Part shown: in pieces, positions 10,018 through 22,841 of the stretch | Numbering within the stretch: the first letter of the stretch is position 1 | Layout of the letters: each line of letters opens with the position of its first letter | Source of the DNA: Seison nebaliae | Lineage: Eukaryota | Assembly: GCA_023231475.1 (NCBI GenBank) | Contig: JALJEE010000145.1 | Coordinates: forward strand, 1-64,000 | DNA length: 64,000 nt | Direction: 5' to 3' | Notes under the pieces: model-generated | Databases searched by the model: none | Told to the model about the DNA's origin: nothing | What the model saw: the letters and a program-made list of their open reading frames with translations, nothing else | Position numbers and translations under genes: made by a program

Positions 10018-12542
10018 TTACTTGTATGCACGTTCCTTATAATAACTGGTGAAACAGACAGGTACAATTATCCATAAAAAAACGTTGAACACAATTTCCG
10101 TTATACAGAACAGAATAAGAACGAAGCGATTTATAGTTCTTACTAATATCTCAATCTCATTTGGATACATCGTATCTGGTCGATATTTGGGAATAACTGA
10201 CATTTTCCTGCTTTTTGACGAAGAACTGTCAATTCGTTCCACATCTGAACACATCTCTTCATCAATTGCATTCTTATTCTTAATTGCATTAATAATGCTC
10301 TTCCTATCTAGAATGTGGATTGAGGTATTTTTATTTAATTTTGATTGCTGATGTCTCTTCTTTTCCTCTCGAATCTTCTTCTTCGTCTTCTCCGTCATTG
10401 GCACTGACGATTCCACATGAATCGACTGCTTCTTATCAGATGTCGGTGCTGCAATTAATGTGGCGGTAAGCAAAGCAGTAATGTGTTTCGCTTTCGGATG
10501 ATAATGTCGATGTAGATTGGTAGCAGGTTTCCAAAAGATCCATCTCCATATTCCTATCCGTTTACATAAGATCGTTCTCTTCAATAATGGCGGTATGTAT
10601 TGACTGTCTCTCATATATTGAACACAGGCGAACCAACTCATGGCCGCTAAAGTGAAACCCTAAAAATTTCAAATAAATTTTCAAAATAATTAATAGAATT
10701 GGAGGAACCATACAAAATGTTAAGTGAAGGTTAATGAGTGGAACTGTTTCACTTTGTTCCGGCACATCGTCGGCTAATCGGAGAGTGAACACAGAATAAG
10801 ATATTAAGGTGGATATACCAATTTGGACCTACAAATTGAAATAAAATGAAATTTCAAGGATTCATTGAAAAGGAACTTGTTGTTGAAAAGGAATTGAAAA
10901 TGAGACAAGAGATAATACTGAAAGCATGAGACATGGCAGAACGTTATTGTATAGGACATGTAAAGGTTTTCTACGAATTCTTATTCGATAAACGACATCG
11001 GTAAACGTGGATGTACTAGATGCGGGACTATTTACATTATCATACGCACAATATTTCACAATGATCCCATGGACATCTTGATGAAATGTTTCGATTGGAT
11101 TATCATATGAACATCGTTCCACTACCGAAATATTCACATTTATCAGTTTGTTCTTAATGAATGGTTTCATGGTCGATTCATTTTTTTGCATACAGTACAA
11201 CTGAATTAGATAAATGAACATCATCTTCTGGAAATCATATGTATCATAAAATTCTCTTTCAGTTATCAGATTTTGAATATTTCTCGTCACATTAAACTTC
11301 TTCAGTTCATCCGATTTCATGTCAAAATATTCGATGATATCATTCGATTTCACCAGTGTACAATCGTTTCCTCTGTTTTCTGTATTATTTTGAGATTCTT
11401 TAAATCGAAGACGGTCTTCTAATAAAATTTGATTAATCTTTCATTTATTCAATTCTCATCATCAATTACTAACCGATTAAATCAGGATTATAGAAAAAGT
11501 TGTAAACTGATTCAACCGTAAAATGATCAGCGTAAACTAATTCCCATTCTGAATTCTCTCTATACAAAGTCAAATCGACACCTTCGAATGCTGTTGATTC
11601 AGATGGCAATTCGTTTAAAATTGAGAAATTTAGAAGAGACGACGTATGAGACCAGGAGCCGAATGTCAAATTACAAATTTGTTCGTCAAACGGAAAAAAC
11701 GAGACATCCACCGTACATCTGGTTCGGAGTCTCGAGAGCGGATTAGGCCAATAGACTTGTCCGGTATATTGAATGATAACATTGTTCTCTCGTCTTGGTG
11801 TGATGAAACCAGAATAATCGCTCATCATCGTTTCATAAACATACGTATCTGGTACCCAGATGGATGGTGCTGGTATTCTTAATGATGAAATATTATTAAA
11901 CTAAAATTTTAGTGATTTTATTTTCCAAGGAAAAGAAAGAATAACATCTTGTGGATTCCATTTTAGTCTCTGATCAATCCATTTATGATCAAGAAAAATA
12001 TTCGTAGTTAGAATTTGATCACGTTCATCTAATGAAATAATAGCGTTTAAAATCACTCGAAATTTAATCTATGCACATTAATTTATTAAATGAATATAAC
12101 AAATTCTAACATTCACTTGATCGGCTGGACGGACAGATTTGATATCTACAGATTTCGTCAAATTTCTTAGAAGTTTCTCTTCGTACATCGTATGTTTGTT
12201 GATGTGAGAGAGGAAACCAGAACCCGTAAAAATGTCCATAGGATCTGCCTCGTCATCTTTCTTATTATTCGATTTCCGTTGTTCCAAAGCTTTCTCATAA
12301 ATGGAGAGAATATCATTGTAAATTTCATTGTACACTTTCCTCATCTCACCAATATTGGACGAAGTATCATAACGTTGAGCATAGTCGATGAATATTTCAT
12401 CGTCCTGGTTATTATCCTCATTCTGATTGAGATTGTACAAAGCGGTATCATCAAATTGATGAGTGAGAACGAAGAAATTGACCATCGTAAAGAGAATTAG
12501 AACGTGGAAATGTTTGAACGTTGTAGGACCATAGCGTCTCAT
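10018..12542 (-). CDS. Cys-loop ligand-gated ion channel subunit (nAChR-like, no vicinal Cys), 6 exons
   Basis: Signal peptide, VRP, WID.RLKWNP, IWVPD, Cys-loop CTVDVSFFPFDEQIC, FGSW, RRKP, M1-M4 including SETVPLI; five GTT..AG introns restore one frame. Confidence 0.92.
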
Positions 12543-14289
12543 GACTGATCATATTCCTAACATCATACGCCAACTTGACTACCGACAATCGTTATGAAGA
12601 AAGTCAAGTGGCGGAGGAAAATGTGTGATTGGAAATCATGAAATTTTTACTCTCGATGGGAATTCTAGTTTGTTGTTAGAAGGAGTTTCTTCTTAAAATG
12701 GAAATAAAGTTCCAACCAAAAAGAATGAGAAGGAATGAAGGAAGGGAATAAAGAACGACGTTCTCAAGTAGAAGTATCGGAAATCTTGAAAATAATTAAG
12801 TTGAAATTTATGAAATTATGAATACGTTATTCGGTCGTTAGTTGGGCGGGAGAAGACTTTCATCAATATTTCCATTTGGAATTGTAAAGATGTTAATAAC
12901 TGTGTAATATATGTTTATTTAAAGGAATAACGAGTATGATTACCTTAAATGTGCTGAATCATTTATGGCCGTACATCCGCATTTCGTTTAGCACATCCGA
13001 GATTACTGTCAATAGTATAATAGAAGAATATTTGAAAGAAGACGATCGATTCAATCATTTCATATCAATTCCTCGATTATCTACTTATTGCCCGGTAACT
13101 ATAGACAAGAAGAATTATTTATGTGAACTTGAGTTTCCGAAAATATTCCCAGACGTACAATATATTCAATTGAAGTAAACATTACGAACTTTCCTGATTA
13201 CTTCCATGTAATTTGGTATGCATTGAAAAGAGTTCATATCTGATTGGAGATATCTTACCATTTCATCACTAATCACAATATTACATGGGAAACGGTAATA
13301 AAAAATAAGAAGAAAATAGAATATTCATTTAATTTGGTTCGTTAAATACAATGAAAGAATGTGATGAAATTACCTTTCCTGATTACAGAGATATATCCTC
13401 AATGATAATCATTGACATACTAAAGGTAAGTTAAGGGTTCAAAAGTAGGAATGGAATGCTGATTTTCATGTAGACGAACGGAAATACATAACTGAGAAGA
13501 ACTGAAATTAGTTGGAATGGGAGAAGTTTATCTGAAATCGTCCGGAAGGAAAAGAGGGTTATCTTCTCAAATAAGAGCACTCTTACTCAGACGTCGATCA
13601 TGTTCATCTCTAATTTCCCGATTATGAGTAGGAAGATTCATATGATAATTACTATGCGATATATTTCGTCTTTACTTACTCATCGACTAATTCTCCATAA
13701 TTAATTAAGTGAAGAAATAAATGGTGATTGATCGGTATCTCGTCAAATAGATTGACGTCAATGAGAAATTCTAATGAAATGAGCTGATACAAGAACATTT
13801 GATATCAATTGGGAAGTGTTGCCAGTATTCTCAACTGAAAGTGCTCTCAAAAGAGAATGGAATGAAATTCATTTTTTTCCATTTGATTTCACTAAATTAT
13901 ATCACAATACATTTCATTAATCTAGAAGAATTTTGTTTACAAATCATTCTGTAATGGAATGTAAATAATGTTGTAGAACTATAAGGGGAATGGCAATTCA
14001 ATCGAATTATTAGATAAGTCATTTCATAAATAATCTATCGAAATGATTCTAGTTTTGAGGAGCATCTAGTGTAAAATTAACATTTCTTCTCTACAGCTTC
14101 CCCGTTACCTATTAATGCGTAAGAATTATTACGAAAAATTATTCATTTCTTCTCTTATATGTAGTTCAAATCAAGAATATTCTTACTAAATTTTGTTTTT
14201 CCTTATGTTCATAACTCTCTTCTCAGATTACGATTCGTATAAAATGAAATTTATTGTTAGACAGCTCCATCCAAACTCTCACGAATTTA

Positions 14290-15140
14290 AAGAGTTGTTA
14301 AACAAAACAAAATATCATTCAGTAAAATTATTTGAATAAAAGCAAACATATTAATTGAAAGAAGATTTCTGTTTATATTGTACGATTTAAAAATCGTGTT
14401 TAAAATTGAAATCGACAATGGAGTTTGAACATATGAAAATTTCAACTGGATAGAAATGATGACGTTTCCCTTCCACAATAAGATTGACCAATTTAAGATC
14501 GCTGTCATTTTGTATTTGGCAAGAAGAATTTGTAAGGAATAATTTATAATATAACTTTTTGGATAAGGATTCAAAAGAATTGAAGTTGTCGATAAATGAA
14601 GAGAATGTAGAAAGTTTAAATTCGTACTCAAATTCCTACAAATTTTTCAGTAGTTCTTGACGTAAGATTAATGGGAGTATGGATGAAAAAGGGGAAATAA
14701 TTTTGATAGATTTTCACCAGAAATGAAATCGGATCTCTTTGTATGAGAATATCGCAAACAAACAATTGATTTTATAATAGTTTAATAAATAAACTTCTGC
14801 GAAACATTCGACATTCAATATTTGGGATGTGAATCGTTCGATAACAAAAGAAGATTTATTAATGCAAAAAGGTTTTGAAGGAATTTGAATAAAACTTCCG
14901 TAGGATATCACCTTTTTATGATGATAATGATGGAAATGATGAATTATAACGCAATGACTATAACAATTATTGGGAATATGCCTCGAAGACATTCTTGTGA
15001 AGAGAGGAGGAATACAGGAATATAAGAACTTATCATCCAATTAATATTATGTCCGAATGGAGACCTTGAACACAAACATTTATATTGGAAATATGTGATT
15101 TTTAATGATTGTGAATGAGAGAAATTTGAAACCAATCCAT
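14290..15140 (-). mobile_element. Possible decayed APE-endonuclease region of a non-LTR retrotransposon
   Basis: Allowing frameshifts, it reads LKITYF/NIN (cf. LKI..WNING), SSQEC (cf. LQET), SDLK (cf. GDLN) and SILNTIF (cf. S.IDLIF) in the expected order; many stops. Confidence 0.35.
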
Positions 15141-15255
15141 TAACGTAACGATGAACTTCACGATTTTGTGCAACACCTATTCTTTCGGGCATAGATAAAT
15201 ATTTGACGATTATTAATGAGTAGTGCCACAAGGAAGATTGTAATGATTATCTGAA

Positions 15256-15289
<34 letters not shown>
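15256..15289. repeat. (GAT)n microsatellite
   Basis: About 11 perfect GAT units. Confidence 0.9.
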
Positions 15290-17164
15290 TTCAAGAAAAA
15301 TATGTATTCATCAAAAGAAAATGGCAGATGAATAAGACCAATCATCAAACAATAATATTATTTCTGGAACTTATATCATATTCATTTGGAATTCATACAT
15401 TTCATTCACTTGGAAATAAATGATCCATCTAATTTATCATTTGAACGTAATGATTCTTCGACTAAACATCGTTTTAATGGAATGCAAACAAATAGGATAT
15501 TACTCTGCATATGGTTAACTACTAAACGTTAAAGAAAGCACAAATCTCCCAAATAAGAGAAATTGATGGAACTGGTTCAGTTTCATGATTGTCACCTGTT
15601 TCCTTCAAAACGAATCATCGTCTCACATTCTCTATCTCACGTAGATCCATCAAAACTTTGTCATTCTAATTATTATAAATGTATGATAATTACAATCGAT
15701 ATCGTGTATGCCAAACTTTATCCTTCTTCTTGATTAGTATGTACAACTTTTTATATATTCCTCCTACCAAACGACTTTATGAACCAAAAGTCAACTAATT
15801 ATCTTATCAATATTAATAACAATGCTTCACACTAATCCATAGAAGATGACAGAAGATGTATTCACATCCTTTCATTCGCATACAACTAGTTCAATCAATT
15901 GGTCGTCGTCCGGAAAAGCATATATATCTTCATTTCTTAAGTAATTTATTAATATAAATTCCTTCTACATTTGCTTGTTCATTTCAAACAAACGGACAAT
16001 TCTCACGCGAAATTTCGGACATTTCGCAAATATTTCTAATTGTTTAAAATGTTTCTCATTTTAACTAAATCTTCTCCATCTTAACGATTAGAACTTCAAT
16101 TCCAATTATAGAAATTGAGACAACTAAATTGAGATGAAATGAAGTATCAGACAATAAATTGTTGGGTTTTAGAAACTGGTAAGTAGTGAATGAGGAATAT
16201 TAATAAGAAGAGATAATTCTTCTTTTTTTAGCGTTATGACGATTAACCGACTTCCTTTATATAATAAGATGCAAATCTGATAGGAGAAAAGTTAATTTTT
16301 GTTACTTAATGTTCTCCTAATATTAATTATTCAATCTGATGACGATATAGAAGAAAATTAGGGAATAATGGATTGTCTCTACTTTTTTGGTCGACAAATT
16401 AGAAATGATTCTTTCATAAGTAAAAGAAAACGAATTAGGATTAAACGAATTTCGTCCGATATCGAATCATAGAAGACATTGGTGGATTACTCGTTGATTA
16501 TCCACTTTTGAAGAGAAGTGGATCCAACGGGAAAGATGTTTCGTTCTGACTCGAACGAAATAGATGGAGATCTCACACATGTATGTGTGAGGAAGAAAAA
16601 AAATAAAAGTAAGTTTTATTTAATAAAAAAGAAAATAGATTATTAATTTATTTCTCAGGCGAGCATCACTGAAATTATGAGACAATATCATGAAATAAAA
16701 AAAGAAATGGCAACACAAGGAGAAGAGTTTTGAGAGGCAATTAAACTCCAATCATTATCCCTAAATTGTAATGATGGAAGTGACTTAATGACTAATAAAT
16801 AGATTGATACAAATTGTTTATATTGCTCCAATTTTCGTTTATTTTCCTTCCATTTATCGTGAAACAATCATTCAGGAAAGATTCAGTTGTCATTCTTTAT
16901 TGTCTCCTTCAATTTGTCTTTGCAATCACCCAAAATGATTTGAGCTCGACTTAAGCGACCGATGTTCTATTAGAAAATATACACACGAGTAATTTCGTAT
17001 AATGATAACTTTGATGCAGCAATTAATTGCATTATTTATATACGAGAGAAAATCGTTGGAAAATCGTTAGAAAATCGTCATCTTATCCACTCACATAAAA
17101 CGAGCAATCTCTCGATATCAATGTGGAGAAGACAGACCATTCTCAATTAGTACAACACTAACAT

Positions 17165-17495
17165 TTACTTACATAATAATATCACAATCATAATAATTTT
17201 TCGAAATGCGCTCAACATTATTACGTTATCAACTGACAGCTAATGAGAATGATATGAGGAAAAGTATTAGGAATTCTCCTCTACTAACATGTGTTTGCTC
17301 ATCAATCAATGAGAGGACTGATGAGTAATTGATGGAATCAGTTTCATCTAGAACCTTTTGTGCTGAAGGTAAATTCTTCCTCATATGTTCCTGTAAATGG
17401 TACAAAGCAATTGAAGGTTGATTTGCAGCAAAAGTCATCGCTGTTCGAAATGATGAATGAACAGTCTCCGCATTCTCAATTATTCCTTTATTCAT
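17165..17495 (-). CDS. BORCS8: BORC complex subunit 8 (MEF2BNB-like), at least 2 exons
   Basis: ANQPSIALYHLQEHMRKNLP matches the family ANEPSVALYRLQEHVRRSLP; a GTTAGT..TAG intron continues the frame; 3' end uncertain. Confidence 0.8.
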
Positions 17496-17724
17496 TCTCT
17501 ATTTTTTTTTTCTCAAAGAAAAGAACACTTATTTTGCATCTTAATTAAATGGCAGTTAATAGATTAATCAAATTAAAAATTTACATATTCTCCTTCTTCT
17601 TCTTTACACGACGAACATGAAGAGACAACAATCGAAAAATGAATTTAAAAGAGTCAAAATGTTATTCATTCACATTCCATCAGTTTTTGACACCAGATCC
17701 ACATTTTTCATATTTGATGGCAAG

Positions 17725-19572
17725 TCATTGTTGAGAGAAGAACCATTGGAAATCGCCTTCCTTTCCGATTTTGTCGTAATTAATTAATGATTTTAATCGA
17801 TCTTCAATTTGTGGCACAGCAACGTCAATACTAATTGTCGTGTCTGACTTGACGAATTCCGCTTTCGGCATAATTCCCAAGTCACTATTGTCATTCATCA
17901 ATTTAATTTCCATTTTGGATGATGGTGTTCTTCTCCTCTTCCCACGATCATTTCGACGTCTCTTACTTCGATATTCCTCCAACTCCTTTTTTCTTTTTCG
18001 TCGTTCGTTCTCTTGACAGATGAAATCTTTATGGAGTTTAAAGAACATTTTCGCTTTCATTGTCATTTCGTGTTTGTTGCAAATGAATTTGTCTAATTCT
18101 TCGTCATCAATTCCTGTCAGATCTAATTCTCCATCGCTGTTTGCACCCGGATTGACACAGTTGAAAGTTTCATTGAAACGTTCATTCTTCTCATTCCGAC
18201 GATTCATCTCGTGTTCTAATAAACTTTTATTCAATTGATCATTCAACATTTCATCCACATCAATCAATTTATCTATTTCTTCTTCTCTATTTTTTTCTTT
18301 CTTTAACGATCGTTCTTCCTTCTCAATACACAATTGTTCGACCTTCTCAATTTTCGCAGCAATTTCTGAATCATTCGAAATTATCGATTGAGTATCGTCA
18401 CTCAAATTACCATCATCATCAACATCATTCTTCAATTCGACTACTCCTAATAAATTCTTTTCGGCTTGTGTGAAATATTCGGATAATTCTTTATAATCCG
18501 AATCATTCAAAACTAAATCAGACAGAACTTCGTTTGACGAATCGACAATTGTTGAGACATCTTTTTTCGCCACTTGTTCCAATTCCTTATCGATCGATTT
18601 CTTATAATTCAAAATATCACTTTTCAATGTCTCGATGAATTGTTTGTTATTCTCCAATTTGTTCGTTAATGTTTCCAGATCAACTGATTGTTTGAATGAT
18701 GGTGGATCGTTCGATTCTTCGATATCGATATGTTTAAATTCATTCGCTGTCAAAGCAGCAGATGATGTTGAACCGAATTCTCTAAGACGTTTCCGAATTG
18801 TTGAGAGACTTATTCGCACCACTTTCGAAACATCTTCATATCTTCTCGGAATTCCATAAAGACGACATGCCACAATCAATGCCCCACCACATAATCCAGA
18901 AGGTCGACGACCAGTTGAAATATAATCCTTTTCCATTCGCTTCACAATTCGAGAGGCTAATCGAATACAATCATTCTCCATATCTCCCAATTTGAGATGG
19001 GCAGCAAAACGTGGAATATAGAGAGTGGGATCATGTGAAACAAGATGAATATGTTTCAATGTTAAAATAATTCCATTGTAAGCAGTGAAGAATTTGGTTG
19101 GATCTAATTTGAGTAAATCGATGAAATCGATCATCATATGACTCGTCGAATTCTTTCGACATTCGATATAGAGAAAAGCGGAATGTAATGATTTCCCTCT
19201 CGGCATTGGACGAAGCCCTTTCACATTCATCTGATTTATTCGTCGTTGACTCATATAACGAGTGAACATTTCTAATGCCGCATCACATAACGGTTGTGGT
19301 ACTGATAGAATATGTCCGTAACGATTAATCGCATGACGCACTTTTGCTATAGTCGTACTTGATCGACTACCGAAACCGTTATTACCAACTGCATTCCCCT
19401 CCTGATCAATCAACACACCAACCGCTTGTCCTGAATCCGTAAACTGTTGATCATTCACAATAATCTGACTACTTGACACTTTACCACAATTCACACAAAC
19501 GATATGTCCCGCCGCATCGTCTTGTTCGAAGTTGTCACTCCCACATTCTGTACAGAAATTATCTTTCGTCAT
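17725..19572 (-). CDS. BRF1: TFIIIB subunit BRF1, intronless
   Basis: N-terminal Zn ribbon CTECG..CVNCG, cyclin repeats (DPTLYIPRFA, TGRRPSGLCG), DPPSF, GELDLTGIDDEELD, KSLINYD. Confidence 0.95.
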   Translation of the reverse strand: MTKDNFCTECGSDNFEQDDAAGHIVCVNCGKVSSSQIIVNDQQFTDSGQAVGVLIDQEGNAVGNNGFGSRSSTTIAKVRHAINRYGHILSVPQPLCDAALEMFTRYMSQRRINQMNVKGLRPMPRGKSLHSAFLYIECRKNSTSHMMIDFIDLLKLDPTKFFTAYNGIILTLKHIHLVSHDPTLYIPRFAAHLKLGDMENDCIRLASRIVKRMEKDYISTGRRPSGLCGGALIVACRLYGIPRRYEDVSKVVRISLSTIRKRLREFGSTSSAALTANEFKHIDIEESNDPPSFKQSVDLETLTNKLENNKQFIETLKSDILNYKKSIDKELEQVAKKDVSTIVDSSNEVLSDLVLNDSDYKELSEYFTQAEKNLLGVVELKNDVDDDGNLSDDTQSIISNDSEIAAKIEKVEQLCIEKEERSLKKEKNREEEIDKLIDVDEMLNDQLNKSLLEHEMNRRNEKNERFNETFNCVNPGANSDGELDLTGIDDEELDKFICNKHEMTMKAKMFFKLHKDFICQENERRKRKKELEEYRSKRRRNDRGKRRRTPSSKMEIKLMNDNSDLGIMPKAEFVKSDTTISIDVAVPQIEDRLKSLINYDKIGKEGDFQWFFSQQ

Positions 19573-20164
19573 TTTATCAAATCCACTAGGAAATGAATCA
19601 TCGAATAACTTCTGTTTTTCTATCTAACAATTCTAAAACACTTTTATAAATTAGAACTTTAGAATTATATAAATTGTACAAAATATTTAATGGAAGATTG
19701 TAAAACATTTTTCAAGCTACATATTTACAATAACAAGTTATTTGGAAACTTTATTTTTATTGTGAGTAAAAATTATATGAAATTATTAAAAATATTTTTT
19801 TAATTTTTGAAAATAAAAATTCCTAATTCTTCCTTCTTTGAAATTTACCCAGATCCATTTTACATCTTATCTATTTTTTTTTTGAGTTTAATTTATTTCA
19901 TATAATTATGTAATGGTTGTATAATGATTTTAACATATTTCGAACTAATCTTTCCATTTTGTAAAGGACCATTAAATATATTTATGCAATTTATTGATTG
20001 ACAGATGCGATAAATATGTCGTACATTTGTGTTTCAATAGAAATTTAAGTTAATCTCACAAATCTCCCAAATGAAACAGTAAGTTTGTACGTTTAATGCA
20101 AGTAAAATATTTTTATTCAGATAATTCTAAAGAAATAATAGAAGATTGAAATAATGAAATATTT

Positions 20165-20794
20165 TTAGTTCATTTCCTGTTTTTTGAATGATTTGTTTGG
20201 TAATGAATAAATAAAATAATCTTCGTCATGGAAATTCTCAAGTGTGGGATCAGTGTCGTCTAATAGGAAATGGTGTTTATGAGTGAAGAACTTTATAGAT
20301 TCTTCGTTGCCTTTAACGATTGTGCACACCATTTTTTCAACATTTTGTGCGAGAGCGCATTCTTTAATAATGTCCAAGAAAAAAGTGGCTATTCGAAGAC
20401 GACGATATTCTTTAATAACATGAATTTCATAAAGATACCCAACAAAATATTCATAATCGTAATCGAATTTAAATTGTGTAAATGCCACGACGTCATCAGC
20501 AGCAGTGGTAAGAAAGAGGAGAACTGTGCGCGGATCTATCAACTCTCTTAATTTTTCACTTGGATCAAATTTAAAAGTTTTCGTCAATTCATATTTATCT
20601 CCCATACACTTCTCTATCAGATCGACAAATTCTTGACGTCGATCAAATGAAAGATCAATTGAAAAGTTCCATTTGAAATTTAAAACTGAATCTATCACAT
20701 CATCTCCTTTTCCATCATTCGAACAATGATAATGTGAATTGACATTATTCAAAATTTCTAAACATTTTTCATTAGGCTTAAATTTGATATCCAT
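20165..20794 (-). CDS. NAA40: N-alpha-acetyltransferase 40 (NatD), GNAT family
   Basis: AFTQFKFDYD, YLYEIHV..YRR, LLDDTDP motifs; first ATG at 20794. Confidence 0.8.
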   Translation of the reverse strand: MDIKFKPNEKCLEILNNVNSHYHCSNDGKGDDVIDSVLNFKWNFSIDLSFDRRQEFVDLIEKCMGDKYELTKTFKFDPSEKLRELIDPRTVLLFLTTAADDVVAFTQFKFDYDYEYFVGYLYEIHVIKEYRRLRIATFFLDIIKECALAQNVEKMVCTIVKGNEESIKFFTHKHHFLLDDTDPTLENFHDEDYFIYSLPNKSFKKQEMN

Positions 20795-21012
20795 AAAATA
20801 AATTGATTTGCTTAAAAAATTTATTTTCAAATTAAATTAAGCTCAAAATTTGAAAACAAAAAAATATTTCAAAAGCTCTTTATAAATTACATTGTTACAC
20901 TTTGAACAAAAATTCAAATTATATCACGTTAAATCATAACACGTTTTTTTGTTATTGTAATATCACTATTTATTCTTTTCAAATACTTTTCTTGTAATCA
21001 GTTGTGAAAGAT

Positions 21013-22841
21013 ATGGCTAGGAATGTAGCAAAGAGAGCGAGTTTCAAGAAAGAACCAAAAGATAACAATATGGATGTGAAGAAGAGTAGCAACTTCAAAA
21101 AATCGCCTAAATCCAAAATGAATGGTGTTAAACCGACTGGGAAAGATTCATTCAAAAATGAAAAGAAAAGTAAAATGGCAAGAGAAGTTGTTAAACAAGA
21201 AAAAGAAGAGGAAGAAGATATAGAAGAAGATGTAGTAGAACAAGAAGCTTCATCCGAAGAAGAAGTGAGTAAAGAAGAAATTGAGATGGAGGAAGAGGAA
21301 GAGAAAGAGGAAGAAAAAGAGAATGAAGGCAAAGTTGAGAAATCTACGAAAGAAAAGGAAAAATCGACAAAAAAGTTCGATTTCGAACAAGGTGTTCCGA
21401 AAAACAAAATTTTAAATTGGGCCGATTGTCTTTGTTGTTAGTTTTTCCGCATATTCCAAATCATTTATTGTTCATCTGATTCATCACTTTAGATGATAAT
21501 CAGAAAAAAATTTTTGTAAAGAGAATTAAGAGAAGATTGGGAGTGAAAGATTTATTGGGATTGAGTCCGAAAATCGATAAAGTTTCATATTTGCCACACG
21601 ACAAACGTTCGAGATTGAGGTTTCTTTCTTTTGAGATGATGATATTGATTTTATTTAATTATTAAGATTTGCTTATTTAACTTTCAAATCGGCGAAAGAT
21701 GCTGAAGAATTTTTTAAGAAAAATAAAGAAGAAAATTCACTCAATGTGTTCGTAGATCAAATAAAGGAAATAGAAAGTTTGATTATTGTATTATTTCCTT
21801 GTTCAACATGTCCATTTCAGAAGACAAAAAAGAATTAATGCCGGCACAAATTCATTTGGCCCCGTTGACCAGTACAATGACAGAGGAAGTGATTCGAAAA
21901 CAATTTTCAAATATAACTGAAGTTCAGATCGTTCGACGAACGTACAACGCAAAATTACAAATGTTTATTCTTTTTTTTAACATTGGCTAATTTTAACTTC
22001 TGATAAAAAGGTTCGCCTTTGTCAAGTTCAAATCACATGAGGACGCAGATAAAGCTTTAAAGAAGCAATTAATTCAAATCGATGGACATAAAGTTGCTGT
22101 GAGCAAAGCATTCAGTTTACTATTTTTTTTCTAATTCATTTTTAATTTTGTTTTTTTAGAAAAAATCCCTAACGAGAAAAATGAAAAACCAAAGAAGAAG
22201 GATAAGAAGAAAGAGGAGAAAACAAAGAAAGTAAAAGAAGTTGAGGAAGAAGACGATGAGGATGACGAGGATTTTGAAGAAGGTGAAGAAGATGACGAGG
22301 ACGATGATGATGATGATGATGACGACGACGATTTAGAAGGAGATGACGACGATGATGAGAGTGATGATGAGAAAACTCAACAATTGTTAGCTGAAATTGC
22401 TAAATCGCTGAAAGAAGGCAAACGTCAGAAACGTAAAATTGTGGAATTAGACGAGAAAGGAAATGAATTGACAGAGGAAACAGATGACGAAATAGACGAT
22501 GATGACATAGAGACAAAAATTCTCCAACAATTGGCAGCTGAAGAGAGTGAAGATGAAGAAGAAGATGATGATGAGGAGGAGGAGGATGAAGAGGATGAAG
22601 AGGATGAAGTAGAAGAGTCGAAACCAGTTGCAAAGAAACAAAATTTTGTGAAGCAAAATGCAAAGAATAATCGTGGGAAGCAATTCAAGTTAAAATCGAC
22701 AAACAAAAATGTAGCTCCGAAAGCTGTGCCAATTAAACAAGTTCTTATTTATTTTCAAGTACTTTTGTTCATTGCAAAAATTTTTAGCCCGCATCAAGAA
22801 AGAATAAACCGACACCTCAGAAACGACGTAAAATGAAGTAG
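21013..22841 (+). CDS. Nucleolin-like protein with two RRMs and acidic/basic tracts, 7 exons
   Basis: RNP1-like RFAYLTF and MFAFVKF formed across splice junctions; long D/E tracts; six GTT..AG introns; TAG at 22839-22841. Confidence 0.7.

Noticed and set aside
12936..13600. 80-aa ORF and downstream coding-like sequence
   Set aside because: Multiple stops in all frames and no recognisable motif; possibly a decayed element but unsupported
20979..22706. Antisense Ser/Leu/His-rich ORFs
   Set aside because: Shadows of the GAA/GAT-rich acidic tracts of the nucleolin-like gene
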